From assembly GCA_963976765.1 (NCBI GenBank), contig CAXBME010000013.1, forward strand, positions 186,001 to 215,176: DNA of 29,176 bases. The letters run 5' to 3'. Positions 19,300 to 29,176 of the stretch are shown piece after piece. Source of the stretch: an uncultured Planctomycetaceae bacterium (GTDB taxonomy: Bacteria; Planctomycetota; Planctomycetia; Planctomycetales; Planctomycetaceae). The position numbers were made by a program, and so were the translations under genes. The notes under the pieces were generated by a model, which worked only from the letters and a program-made list of their open reading frames with translations, was not told the origin of the DNA and did not search any database. Position 1 is the stretch's first letter. Each line of letters begins with the position of its first letter.

Positions 19300-19342
19300 A
19301 GATTCAAGATTTAAATCTCTGTCCCAACTTCGAGACAATGTC

Positions 19343-20401
19343 ATGACCTGGTCAGCTCCTGAAAAACTGAAGCGAGTCAAAGACTTCGGCATCAGCGGCA
19401 TCGCGTTCTGCGTCGCTCGTCAATCGGATTCCGGAAAGCTGTTCTTCGGGAATTCTGACTTCAAGGTTTATGAAGTCGACGCTCTCGCTGAGAAGCCACA
19501 ACCCGCAGCATTCGATGCCGATGGTCACCAGAGTTACGTCACCGGCATCGTGCAGAGCCAGAAACAGCTCGTTTCGGGAAGCTACGATGGCAATCTTGTC
19601 TGGTGGGATGCCGAGTCGAAAAAGCCGACGCGAACAATCAAAGCTCACGAACGATGGATTCGCAAGGTGGCTGCCAGTCCTGACGGAAACATTGTCGCGA
19701 GCGTCGCTGATGACATGGTCGGTAAGCTCTGGAATGCCGAAACCGGGCAAATAATTCACACACTGAAGGATCACAAAGAAGAAACGCCCGACCATTATCC
19801 GTCGATGCTGTACGCCGTTGCGTTTTCGCCGGACGGAAAGTGGCTGGCGACTGCTGACAAGGTCGGTCACATCGTCGTCTGGGAAGTTGCATCCGGAAAG
19901 AAGGCTGCCGAACTGGAAGCCCCTGGCATGTACACGTGGGATCCTCGCGCCAGGCGGCATTCAATCGGCGGCGTGAGATCGGTCGCGTTTTCGCACGACT
20001 CAAAGTTGTTGGCCGCAGGCGGCATCGGCAAGATTGGAAACATCGATCACCTCGGAGGTCCGTCGCGAGTCGAGATCTTCAACTGGCAGAAGGGCGAACG
20101 TCTCCACACGATCGAAGACAACGAATTGAAAGGTCTGGTCGAGCAGATTGAATTCGATCCGGCCGGCAACTGGCTACTCGCAGCCGGTGGAGATCACGGC
20201 GGATTCGTTTCGTTTTACAGTGTCGAAACCGGCAAGCTGATCAAGCAGGACAAAGCTCCGATGCACGTCCATCAGCTCGCGATGAACGACGATTCGACAG
20301 GATTCTTCGCCGTCGGTCACGGAAAGATCGCTCACTACGAATTCAAGTCTGATCGCCCGCCCGGCCCTGAAGCTCCGCCGCTGCCTGAAAACGCTGCGTA
20401 A
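19343..20401 (+). CDS. WD40 repeat (beta-propeller) protein
   Basis: GH...LVSGSYDGNLVWWD, AH...SPDG..VASVADD...KLWN, AFSPDGKWLATADKVG.IVVWE and SVAFSHDSKLLAAGG repeats. No signal peptide. Confidence 0.92.
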   Translation: MTWSAPEKLKRVKDFGISGIAFCVARQSDSGKLFFGNSDFKVYEVDALAEKPQPAAFDADGHQSYVTGIVQSQKQLVSGSYDGNLVWWDAESKKPTRTIKAHERWIRKVAASPDGNIVASVADDMVGKLWNAETGQIIHTLKDHKEETPDHYPSMLYAVAFSPDGKWLATADKVGHIVVWEVASGKKAAELEAPGMYTWDPRARRHSIGGVRSVAFSHDSKLLAAGGIGKIGNIDHLGGPSRVEIFNWQKGERLHTIEDNELKGLVEQIEFDPAGNWLLAAGGDHGGFVSFYSVETGKLIKQDKAPMHVHQLAMNDDSTGFFAVGHGKIAHYEFKSDRPPGPEAPPLPENAA

Positions 20402-20651
20402 ACTGCAGAGCTGTCGTGTGGGCATCGTTCATCGGTGTTTGCAGACCAGGTGCGGGAGCAATGCGTTGGCAGAGTCTGCCTTGCGGTTGATTTGCGAACC
20501 ACCAGCAATGCAATGCCGGTTTCGTATTCTTACGCTCGTCCCGTTGAGGCATTAGATTGTCGCCTTCGTGGGAACTGTTCGCTGTGAGCACGCTCGTCTC
20601 CATTGATTGCGTGAGCTGTCGCGGTGTCTAACACTCGTTTGGGAATCAACC

Positions 20652-22721
20652 ATGCGTCTTTATTCGGGCTGTTGTTTTAAACTTGCGGCGTTGTTCGTTC
20701 TGGCAATTCAGACGCTGGCACCAGCCACAGGCTTTGCTGATGGACCGGCGGACAACGTTGCAGAAAATGTTCGTTCTGTTCCGCCGCTCGGAATTGAAGT
20801 CCCCGAAGCTGACCGTAAGGAACTGGAAGACGGTCTGAAGTCGCTCGATTTGTTAATCAGTCAGATTCGATTGACGAAGCATGCAGACCAGAACCGCGTC
20901 TTCAGCCTGCTGCCGGATGTTGAGATTTTTTCGCGGGCCGTTCATCAGGGGCTGGAGCATCGCGAATTCTTCTCACCAAACGATGTAAAGAACGCGAAGT
21001 CCGTTTTGAAGGAAGGCATTCGTCGAGCGTCGCAACTCATCAAGGGGCAAGCCGACTGGCTGACGCAGAAGGGGCTTGTTGTTCGCGGATTCCGGTCAAA
21101 GATTGATCAGACCGTGCAGCCTTACGGGCTGGTCATTCCTGACTCGTACGACGGCACCGGCAAGGCAGACTACCGGCTCGATCTCTGGTTTCACGGGCGA
21201 GGAGAAAAAACTTCAGAGTCAGCTTTCATCGCTCAGCGCATGAGCCAGGTCGGTCGGATCGCCCCCAAAGATACGATCGTGCTTCATCCATACGGTCGTT
21301 ACAGCAACGCGTTTAAGTTTGCTGGCGAAGTCGACGTTCTGGAAGGTTTGGAGCACGCAAAACAGAACTACCGGATCGACGAAGACCGCGTCGCCGTACG
21401 AGGCTTTTCGATGGGGGGAGCCGGTTGCTGGCAAATGGCGGTCCACTATCCCGATATGTTCTTTGCCGCGAATCCCGGCGCCGGGTTTTCAGAAACTCCG
21501 GAATTTCTGAAGTTCTTCCAGCAGGAGACACTGGCCCCGGCCTGGTTCGAAAAGACGCTCTGGCATCTTTACGACTGTACGGATTGGGCGGTCAATCTGA
21601 ATCAGCTTCCAACGGTTGCCTACAGCGGCGAGTTGGATATTCAGAAACAGGCAGCGGACATCATGGAAGAGGCATTGGCCAGGGAAGGCATTTCTCTCAC
21701 CCATCTGGTCGGCCCGGAAACGAAGCATGCGATTCATCCGGAATCACTGATCGATATCGAAACTCGACTGGCCAGTCTCGCGAAGACAGGCCGCATTCGA
21801 TTGCCCCACGAAATTCGGTTTGTCACCTGGACACTCAAGTACAACCGGACGCACTGGCTGACCGTGACCGGAATGCGGTCACACTGGGAGCCTGCCCGTG
21901 TGACGGCAATGCTGGCTCCGGCATTCGGGTTTTCGGATCAGTCTGACCATCGCATCGTCGTGAAACCAGAAAACGTGACAGAATTCCGAATCGACATTGA
22001 ACCGGGGCTCGGTCCGTTTTCGCCTGCGCGGCCATTGCATGTTCTGGGGTATAAGATTCCCGTCGGAACGGATCGGTCAGTCCATGCTGAATTTCATCTC
22101 GATGGTGATAAGTGGAAGCTCGGCCCTGCTCCGGAGCAAGGTCTCAGGAAGAAGCACAATCTACAGGGGCCAATTGACGATGCGTTCATGGACTCGTTTA
22201 TCGTCGTTCGTCCGACGGGCAAGGCGAAGCACGAGGCGGTTCAGAAGTGGACAACGTCCGAATTGCAGCACACTGTTGAACAATGGCGGAAGCAATTCCG
22301 GGGGGACGCCGTTGTGAAGGATGACTCGGCGATCTCCGAGAAAGACATCGCGTCGAGTAATCTGGTTCTGTTTGGCGATCCGGCCAGCAATTCAGTTCTT
22401 GCAAAGATCATCGACAAGCTGCCAATCGGCTGGAACGATCAAACAATCAAAGTCGGGAAACGAAGTTTTGACGCAACGACTCATGCGCCGATTCTGATCT
22501 ACCCGAACCCACTCAATCCAGAACGCTACGTCGTGCTGAACAGTGGCTTCACCTATCGCGAGTTTGCTTATCTCAACAACGCGAGGCAGGTGCCGAAGCT
22601 CCCGGACTGGGCGGTTATCGATCTGCGCACCTCTGCCAACTCGCTCTGGCCGGGCAAGGTAGTTGATGCCGACTTCTTTGACGAAAGCTGGCAACTGAAA
22701 ACGCAGGCGGCTTCAAAGTAG
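20652..22721 (+). CDS. Secreted alpha/beta-hydrolase (prolyl oligopeptidase/S9-like serine hydrolase)
   Basis: Signal peptide (...GFA/DG), WFHGRG oxyanion region, nucleophile elbow GFSMGG, candidate catalytic Asp (SGELD) and His (TKHAIH). Likely start ATG 20652. Confidence 0.82.
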   Translation: MRLYSGCCFKLAALFVLAIQTLAPATGFADGPADNVAENVRSVPPLGIEVPEADRKELEDGLKSLDLLISQIRLTKHADQNRVFSLLPDVEIFSRAVHQGLEHREFFSPNDVKNAKSVLKEGIRRASQLIKGQADWLTQKGLVVRGFRSKIDQTVQPYGLVIPDSYDGTGKADYRLDLWFHGRGEKTSESAFIAQRMSQVGRIAPKDTIVLHPYGRYSNAFKFAGEVDVLEGLEHAKQNYRIDEDRVAVRGFSMGGAGCWQMAVHYPDMFFAANPGAGFSETPEFLKFFQQETLAPAWFEKTLWHLYDCTDWAVNLNQLPTVAYSGELDIQKQAADIMEEALAREGISLTHLVGPETKHAIHPESLIDIETRLASLAKTGRIRLPHEIRFVTWTLKYNRTHWLTVTGMRSHWEPARVTAMLAPAFGFSDQSDHRIVVKPENVTEFRIDIEPGLGPFSPARPLHVLGYKIPVGTDRSVHAEFHLDGDKWKLGPAPEQGLRKKHNLQGPIDDAFMDSFIVVRPTGKAKHEAVQKWTTSELQHTVEQWRKQFRGDAVVKDDSAISEKDIASSNLVLFGDPASNSVLAKIIDKLPIGWNDQTIKVGKRSFDATTHAPILIYPNPLNPERYVVLNSGFTYREFAYLNNARQVPKLPDWAVIDLRTSANSLWPGKVVDADFFDESWQLKTQAASK

Positions 22722-23219
22722 TCGCCGCTTATCGATCATCTCGATTGTCCCAGGTTGACTATCGAATCTGGAGGCCAATGGTGCCGTCCGGTCGGTGGCT
22801 GTTTCAACGCGCATCGTCCCGGTGATCGAGTCCATTAACTGACACATGGCACTCTTGAATCGAGGAAGGCTACGGCTTCTCACGCAACGATGGACAGACC
22901 TGGTGTCGCCAGAAATGTCTGCCTCGGCGTCCCAGCGAAACCTCGCCGAATTTTGCGGCAATGGGCGAAGTGTCTTTGTTTCGTCGCGAGAAAAGGATGC
23001 GCAGATAGGGGTGGTGGCGCGGTCTGTTGTGGCTTTTCCGGATTTGTTGATTCTAACGGCTTAATCGGCTGGTGAAGAAACACCAACTTTGCCGATTCAG
23101 ACGAGAGACAGCGCTCGGTGCGCGTCTCAGTGTTCGAATTTGTGGGGTGCGCACGGCAGGTGCGATTCCTGCCTCATCCCAATGACCTGCGGATCAGCAG
23201 AAACGGAATTTAACGGGAA

Positions 23220-26200
23220 ATGAAGTTTCGTACCGCCACCATCTGGATCGCCCTGGTTTCGACAGGGATGTTGTGCCTGGCGGTCGGTGCTGTCCGGATT
23301 CCGCGAAAGCCACGAAGTTCCCAGGAGCGGAGCCAAGCTGCTGACTCAACGCAGGGATCATGGCACGAGTCGGCTCCGGCGGCTGTCATTCCGATGCGAG
23401 TGGTTAAGTCCGACCAGGAAGATACGCCTTCCGAGTTCGTCCTGCAGAACCCGTCCGTTGCAACTGCCACTGCCGAGCGTCAGTCAGTTCGGAGTCAGCC
23501 TGCTCAGCGTCAGGATACGAAGCAGCAACCATTGCGGCGACCGGCTGGTCAATTTTCGAGCATTCCCAAAGAGCCTTCGACTGCTGGCTCCAGATTCGGC
23601 GAGACGGCGGAATTCGTCGCCGCTCAGAACTCGAACTCAACGAGCAATCGACCGAACGGTTTTCAGGAACCCGAAGCCTGGCCGTTCCATCGTTCGTCGA
23701 CTGCTGGCTCACCGGCCTCGGTTTCGACCGATGGCACGCAGCAGTTCTCAACGACTCGGCCAACACGGCGACCGGACAACTCAGGGATTACCGAATGGCC
23801 ATACCGGTCGCCCAGTTCAACACGGGTGAGTGGCCAGGCCTCGTTTCGCGGGGTGGCAACAGGAAACCAGGTTGATGCCCAGCAGAATTCGCAGTCGTCC
23901 TACCAGCCGAATGCATCCTACGGATCAGTCGGCCCCGGCTCGACCGATCTGTCTGCCACTCAAGCCGTTGCGATTCCGAATGCTCAGCCGTGGTTACAGG
24001 CACAATCGGAAACGTCCGATGACTTGCTGGATCCTGCGTTTGCTTTCGGCCAGCAGTCCCGGTCGGCATCGACTCAGCTACCGACTACCCCCACGCACGA
24101 AAATTTGATGGCGAACCAGTTCGGAGTGACGCAGCCGCATCGACCGTCGCTCAGCCAGCTCGCCGAGCCTTTCGGATCGACGTCGTCTTTGACCGGTACG
24201 CCTTCGCACCCTGTTCTGTCGGCGGCGGCTCCGTCACAAAGGCACGTTCAATCGTCTGGCCCGTCGCTGACCAGTCTCCCGGCTCCGCAACCGTCACCCA
24301 ATCCGTCACAATCGACTCTGGAAGCCGGCCACGCAGGAGCAATGACATCGCCAGGCTCAGGCAACCAGGTCGTTCAGGCTTATGCGGAATCGGTGACGCC
24401 TCGCAAATACGTCACCGTCGGACAATGGTCGGGACCGCAGAGCCGGCCCGTTCGATCGATTCAGCAGGTAAGTTTTGACTCATGCCCGGATTGCGAAGAT
24501 GTCAGCCGGATTCCGGCCGAGTCGCTGATCAATCCGTACGCCTCGCGAGCCAACCGGTACCCTGAACAGACTCCGCAGGCTGTCGCCGCTGGCCAGCTTG
24601 TCCGATTACCTCACGACTACGCTCCGTGGTGGGACGAGGTGATTAACAAGCCGTTGCGTGCGGCTCCGTCGACGTACCCGGTCAACGTTGAATCGCTCAT
24701 TCTTGCGGCGATCGAGTATTCGCCGCGGGTCACCGCCTTCCGCATCGACCCAATTATTCGCGAGACTCAGATTCTCGAAGAGGCCGCCGAGTTTGACTGG
24801 CGGTCCTTTCTCGAAACGAAGTTCGACGACAGCAATGATCCGGTCGGCAACGCACTGACGACCGGCAACAATGCGGACCGCTTCAAGGACAAGCATCTCA
24901 CCAGCCGTGTGGGTGTCGAGAAGCGGCTTGCTCAAGGCGGAACGTTTGACGTCACCCAGAACTTTGGTCTGCAGGATAACAACTCACGATTTCTGGTGCC
25001 GAATCAGCAGGGTACGTCACGGCTTGAGCTGAACTACACGCAGCCGTTACTGCGAGGGGCCGGTCAGACTTACAATGAAAGTCGCACGATTCTCGCGATG
25101 CTCGATCATCAGATCTCTGAGGGCGAGTTGCAGGAAAGTCTGCAGGATCACCTGCTGGAAGTTTACACGACTTACTGGAACCTCTACCGGGCTCGCGCGG
25201 TGCGGCTTCAGAAAGAGCGGCTACTGATGCGGGCGATCGAGGTCGAGCAGCAGTTGGCCGCTGGCCAGGAAATCGATTCAGTCAGGCGGCAGGTGCTGCG
25301 TACTCGGGCTGCGATTGCCAGCCGACGGTCAGAGATCGTCCGGGCCGACATGGAAGTCCGTAACGCCGAGTCGCGTTTGCGATTACTGGTCAACTCGCCG
25401 GGGCTGAAACAAAGCACGTTCGTCGAGCTGCTGCCTGTCGAAGCACCAATGTCAGAGTACCTGCCTGTGTCCATGCGAGGTTCGGTTGAAACCGCACTGC
25501 AGAATCGACCGGACATCCGACGCGCCATTACCCAGATGAAAGAAACGGCCGTTCGGCTGGAAGTGTCAAAGAACGAACTGCTGCCGAAGATGGACCTTGT
25601 CCTGGGAACTTACGTCGCCGGTCTGCGAGGCCAGAGTCAGGTCGACACTGCATGGACCAATCAGTTCCGCGATGGCCGGCCGGGTTACACTGTGGGCCTG
25701 ATGATGGAATATCCGCTTGGCAACCGCGCGGCGAAAGCACGCTACGCCAGACGTGAGTGGGAAGTCGCGAAGACGCTGAAAGAATTCGAAGCGTCGGTCG
25801 AGGCCAGCATGTCCGAAGTCGAACTGGCCGTTCGCGAACTCGAAACGTCGTACCAGGAAATGCTCAGCCGATTCCAGTCGATGATCGCCGCTGATACTGA
25901 AGCGAACTATCTGCTCGAACGCTGGCGTCAGATGCCGGGCAATGACCAGACGACGAGCTTCCTGCTCGAAGATCTGCTGGACGCTCAGGAACGCGTCGCG
26001 GTGGAAGAACAGGATTTCGTCGAAGCTCAAGTCGCCTATGTGATTTCGGTTGTCCGACTGAAACGAGCATCTGGCATCCTTCTTTCCTGTGACTGCAGCG
26101 AGTCTCCGGTCTCGTTCATGACGCCAGCACCGCGAGGAGTTGCCCAGCCGAATCCGCTGCCACAACCGATCGGCCAACGCCCGGCCCTGCCAGCTCCCCA

Positions 26201-26285
26201 ACCCGCTCGACCAGAGCTGCGACAGCCGTCTGCTATTCCGGAAAGCAGCTATTCGGTCATTCCGTTACCCGACCCGAGCCGGTGA
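23220..26285 (+). CDS. TolC-family outer-membrane efflux protein with ~440-aa low-complexity N-terminal extension
   Basis: C-terminal ~540 aa show two OEP repeats (LILAAIEYSP, LNYTQPLLRGAG, VYTTYWNL, ALQNRPDI, KNELLPKMDL, EYPLGNRAAKA, DLLDAQER). N-terminal hydrophobic signal or anchor. Confidence 0.88.
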   Translation: MKFRTATIWIALVSTGMLCLAVGAVRIPRKPRSSQERSQAADSTQGSWHESAPAAVIPMRVVKSDQEDTPSEFVLQNPSVATATAERQSVRSQPAQRQDTKQQPLRRPAGQFSSIPKEPSTAGSRFGETAEFVAAQNSNSTSNRPNGFQEPEAWPFHRSSTAGSPASVSTDGTQQFSTTRPTRRPDNSGITEWPYRSPSSTRVSGQASFRGVATGNQVDAQQNSQSSYQPNASYGSVGPGSTDLSATQAVAIPNAQPWLQAQSETSDDLLDPAFAFGQQSRSASTQLPTTPTHENLMANQFGVTQPHRPSLSQLAEPFGSTSSLTGTPSHPVLSAAAPSQRHVQSSGPSLTSLPAPQPSPNPSQSTLEAGHAGAMTSPGSGNQVVQAYAESVTPRKYVTVGQWSGPQSRPVRSIQQVSFDSCPDCEDVSRIPAESLINPYASRANRYPEQTPQAVAAGQLVRLPHDYAPWWDEVINKPLRAAPSTYPVNVESLILAAIEYSPRVTAFRIDPIIRETQILEEAAEFDWRSFLETKFDDSNDPVGNALTTGNNADRFKDKHLTSRVGVEKRLAQGGTFDVTQNFGLQDNNSRFLVPNQQGTSRLELNYTQPLLRGAGQTYNESRTILAMLDHQISEGELQESLQDHLLEVYTTYWNLYRARAVRLQKERLLMRAIEVEQQLAAGQEIDSVRRQVLRTRAAIASRRSEIVRADMEVRNAESRLRLLVNSPGLKQSTFVELLPVEAPMSEYLPVSMRGSVETALQNRPDIRRAITQMKETAVRLEVSKNELLPKMDLVLGTYVAGLRGQSQVDTAWTNQFRDGRPGYTVGLMMEYPLGNRAAKARYARREWEVAKTLKEFEASVEASMSEVELAVRELETSYQEMLSRFQSMIAADTEANYLLERWRQMPGNDQTTSFLLEDLLDAQERVAVEEQDFVEAQVAYVISVVRLKRASGILLSCDCSESPVSFMTPAPRGVAQPNPLPQPIGQRPALPAPQPARPELRQPSAIPESSYSVIPLPDPSR

Positions 26286-26355
26286 CTTCGCTCCGTTACC
26301 GCCCGAGCCGAATAGAACGATCGTCGCCACAATCGATTTCGAAGTACCGCTCACC

Positions 26356-27975
26356 TTACCGGCCGGCGACGTGAGGTGACCTCAGCAACTTCGCGGTGTC
26401 GATCAGGCGAAGAAATTCGTGGCGGTACTTGTCGTCGGACTGGCCGATGCCGCTGCGGGCGAGAGTTTCGACCAGCTCAAACGTGGCGTCTCCCGAGAAC
26501 TGCGAACCTCGCAGCAGCATGCCGAAGCCGGCGACCGAAGCGGCGAACTGGAAGTCTTCAGAACCTTCTGAGTCTTCGGCGGGCACTCCGACCGGAACGT
26601 GAAATTCAATACCTTCGTCGCCATCCGGATGTTTGTAGCGAAGTCGCACGGTCATCACTTCGTCGCTCGGCCCGGCGGATTCGGTCACGACCTCCTGATA
26701 CTTCGACGGTTCAACTGCTAGAGCTGAGCTTTCGACTCCGGTGGGAATGATTTCGTACAGAGCGGTTACGGTGTGGCCGGCTCCAATTTCTCCGGCGTCT
26801 TTCCTGTCATCACGAAAGTCTTCGGCCTGGAGCATCCGGTTTTCGTAGCCGATCAGCCGGTAGGCCTGAACGTGCTGCGGGTTGAAGTCAACTTGAATCT
26901 TTACGTCCTTGGCAATCGTGACCAGCGTGCCGAGTGCGTCTTCGACCAGTAGCTTGCGAGCTTCCTGTAGCGAGTCGATGTAGCCGTAGTTGCCGTTCCC
27001 TTTGTCGGCAAGCTGCTCCATCGTGGCGTCTTTCAGATTGCCCGTTCCGAATCCGAGAACGCTCAGAAAAACTCCGCGCTTCGCTTCCGCCTGGATGAGG
27101 TCGATCAGTTGCGATCGGTCAGTGATCCCGACGTTGAAGTCGCCATCGGTGCAAAGAATGACTCGGTTCACGCCGTCGTGAATGAGGTTTTGGGCAGCCA
27201 CCTGGTAAGCCAGTTGAATTCCCTGGCCGCCGTTGGTTGAACCGCCCGCGTTCAAACGTTCGATCGCTGTCAGGATGGTCGCTCCGTCACTGGCGGAAGT
27301 TGGAGGCAGCACGAGGCCCGACGCTCCGGCATAAACGGCGATGGCGACTCGGTCGTTTTCGTCCAACTGGTCGAGCAGCATTCTCATCGCCGATTTGACC
27401 AGAGGCAGCTTGTCCGGTGAGTTCATTGATCCCGAAACGTCCAGCAGGAACACCAGGTTGGCCGCCGGCTTTTGCTCACGATCAATCTCCAGCCCTTTCA
27501 GGCCGACACGAGCCAGCCAGTGTTTGCTTTGCCACGGGCAGCGAGCAATTTCCAGATTGACCGAAAATGGATGCTCGTCTTCAGGCTGAGCGTAGTCGTA
27601 CTTGAAGTAGTTGATCAGCTCTTCCACCCGCACCGCCGCGGGCGGCGGCAGAACGTTGTCATTGAGAAATCGTCGCACGTTTGAATATGACGCCGTGTCG
27701 ACATCGATCGAAAAAGTTGACAGAGGATGCTTCAGCGGTGACCTGAATTTGTTCTCGACGACGAGTTCGTAGTCTTCGGTGTTCTCGGCAGGATGCAGAC
27801 TTTCTTCAAGCGTAAATGCTTCGTCCCAGTCGGCAGCGGGCGTTGCTTCGCCTGCTGCCGGTGCAGAGTCGTAAAGTTCGGCGGTCGAGCCAGCTCGATC
27901 GAACTCGGATCTTCCGCAGCCGATTGCGATGATTGTCAGCATAGCGATGGTGCAAATTGAAAGGTGAGCGCGCAT
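26356..27975 (-). CDS. YfbK-like von Willebrand factor A domain lipoprotein (vWF_A + VWA + DUF3520/YfbK_C)
   Basis: Lipobox-like IAIG/C at Cys20. PLSTFSIDVDTASYSNVRRF, VRVEELINYF, MIDAS DVSGS, GGSTNG, CTDGDFNVG, TIAKDVKIQV and DAGEIGAGHTVTALYE. Confidence 0.92.
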   Translation of the reverse strand: MRAHLSICTIAMLTIIAIGCGRSEFDRAGSTAELYDSAPAAGEATPAADWDEAFTLEESLHPAENTEDYELVVENKFRSPLKHPLSTFSIDVDTASYSNVRRFLNDNVLPPPAAVRVEELINYFKYDYAQPEDEHPFSVNLEIARCPWQSKHWLARVGLKGLEIDREQKPAANLVFLLDVSGSMNSPDKLPLVKSAMRMLLDQLDENDRVAIAVYAGASGLVLPPTSASDGATILTAIERLNAGGSTNGGQGIQLAYQVAAQNLIHDGVNRVILCTDGDFNVGITDRSQLIDLIQAEAKRGVFLSVLGFGTGNLKDATMEQLADKGNGNYGYIDSLQEARKLLVEDALGTLVTIAKDVKIQVDFNPQHVQAYRLIGYENRMLQAEDFRDDRKDAGEIGAGHTVTALYEIIPTGVESSALAVEPSKYQEVVTESAGPSDEVMTVRLRYKHPDGDEGIEFHVPVGVPAEDSEGSEDFQFAASVAGFGMLLRGSQFSGDATFELVETLARSGIGQSDDKYRHEFLRLIDTAKLLRSPHVAGR

Positions 27976-28534
27976 AGCGATCTCCAGTTTTGATTGGGGT
28001 GTCAGTTACGAAACAGCGGTGTCGCAACGCAGCCGGCCGGCTCGTCGAATGTCAGCAGAAAACTGACAGCGTCAAGAATGGATGTTTTTCACGGGTAATC
28101 GCCCACCGCCGCGCAGTCGTAAGAACGAAGCGGCGGACAACATCCTCGACAGTAGATGCACAGCCTCAGGAATTATTCCCGTCGAGATTTGCGTTCGTCG
28201 ATAATTCTTCGAACGCCAGCAGGGATAAACGAATTCTGGTCCGAGTCGTCAACGAGTTCGGCGTTGTCCCATGATCGACGGCGAAATGATTTATGAGTCG
28301 ACGGTGTTATCTTCGTGCGATGATCCTCGCACGTCTTTGCTCACCGAGGCCCGGCGTCGGGTTGTCATCGCAAAAGGATTGGAGACGCTGCGTTGTCAGC
28401 ATAGCCAGACTGGATAGTGTGTAGCAGAGTAAGGACTGCGTCGAACAATGAGTGCAGCAGTGCTTGATCGACCTGTCCTGAAACCTGAGCAATGTCGCGT
28501 GGCGGATTACAACATGCGGGGATGAGGCGAGTTT

Positions 28535-29137
28535 ATGAGACGAGCATTGGCGATTGTGTTTTCATGTTTTGTCGGAGTGGTCTTCTTTTCTCTGGTGGGT
28601 ATGGGGCTTGCCGATGCTCAGGAGTCGGGATGGCAACAGGAAACGGAGTCGCGACTGCAGGCGATCTATGAACGCGGGGAATTTCGCGCCGCGAAGTTTC
28701 AAGCCGATTGGCTCCCGGACAGCTCGGGATACACGGTTCAGGAACGAGACCCGACGTCAAACAAAACCATCCAGGTGCGGTATGACGTCCAGACTGGCAA
28801 ACGTGCTGAAGAAAAATCATCGAGCAATGAACACTCTACGCCGGACGGTCGCCGCTCACCGGACGGCACTTGCGTCCTGGAGTTTCGCGATCGAAATCTG
28901 TTTGTTCGCGATGTCGCCACCGGGCATCGCACGCCACTGACGGAGCGTCCCGCCGAACGTGACATCTGGTACCGGCAGCCGGTCTGGAGTCCTGACGGGA
29001 AAAGAATCGCGTTTATCGAGTCCGACGAAACCGACGTGAGACTGCGCCCGGTTCTTGTCCCAACGGATCCTTCATACCCTGGGGTTCGAAACAATCGGTT
29101 CGCTCGAGTCGGCGAGAAAATCGGGCTCATCCGGTAA
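28535..29137 (+). pseudogene. Truncated dipeptidyl-peptidase IV (S9B)-like protein, N-terminal propeller fragment only
   Basis: Signal peptide, WLPDSSGY, SPDG...NLFV, WSPDGKRIAF and a YP...FARVG segment typical of the DPPIV N-terminal propeller. Stops at 200 aa with no GxSxGG catalytic domain, and a second in-frame stop follows at 29171-29173. Confidence 0.6.
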
Positions 29138-29176
29138 GTCGGGGCTGTTGGTTGTGAAGAGCGGACATGCTGATTT

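Noticed and set aside
22722..23219. Small ORFs, a sigma54-like TGGCGCG motif or a riboswitch upstream of tolC
   Set aside because: The ORFs lack motifs or an RBS, the GG-N10-GC spacing is not met, and I could not recognise an RNA family by eye. An Rfam scan would settle it.
27976..28534. Short ORFs or a gene remnant (minus-strand ...WDNAELVDDSDQNSFIPAGVRRIIDERKSRRE) in the divergent gap
   Set aside because: No start codon in that frame and no recognisable homology. Insufficient support.
1..29176. CRISPR array, tRNA/rRNA, integron, prophage or defence system
   Set aside because: I saw no regularly spaced direct repeats, cloverleafs, integrase, transposase, nuclease or phage genes. The repeats found are isolated inverted pairs.

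Overview
GC-rich bacterial chromosomal segment. Gene content (DUF1549/DUF1553 + DUF1501 + WD40 module, BlaI/M56 pair with a beta-sandwich tail, tandem UvrA) points to a Planctomycetota genome; this is an inference. Left to right: M56 BlaR1-like protease and BlaI-like repressor with two clear 16-bp operator palindromes; mutM; a 2445-aa double-length UvrA carrying an unexplained, internally duplicated C-terminal tail; a divergent GT-C (TMTC/PMT-like) and GT2 (DPM1-like) pair; DUF1549/1553, DUF1501 and WD40 genes; a secreted S9-like alpha/beta hydrolase; an orphan TolC with a long disordered N-terminus; a YfbK-like VWA lipoprotein; and a truncated DPP IV-like gene at the right edge. Several unrelated families of short palindromic or periodic repeats occupy the intergenic gaps and also sit in frame inside uvrA. 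I saw no rRNA, tRNA, CRISPR array, transposase, phage or recognisable defence genes. The strongest leads are the UvrA tail duplication, the non-canonical BlaI operator and recognition helix, the in-frame repeat insertions, and the putative protein-glycosylation pair. Family assignments are by motif recognition only; no searches were run.
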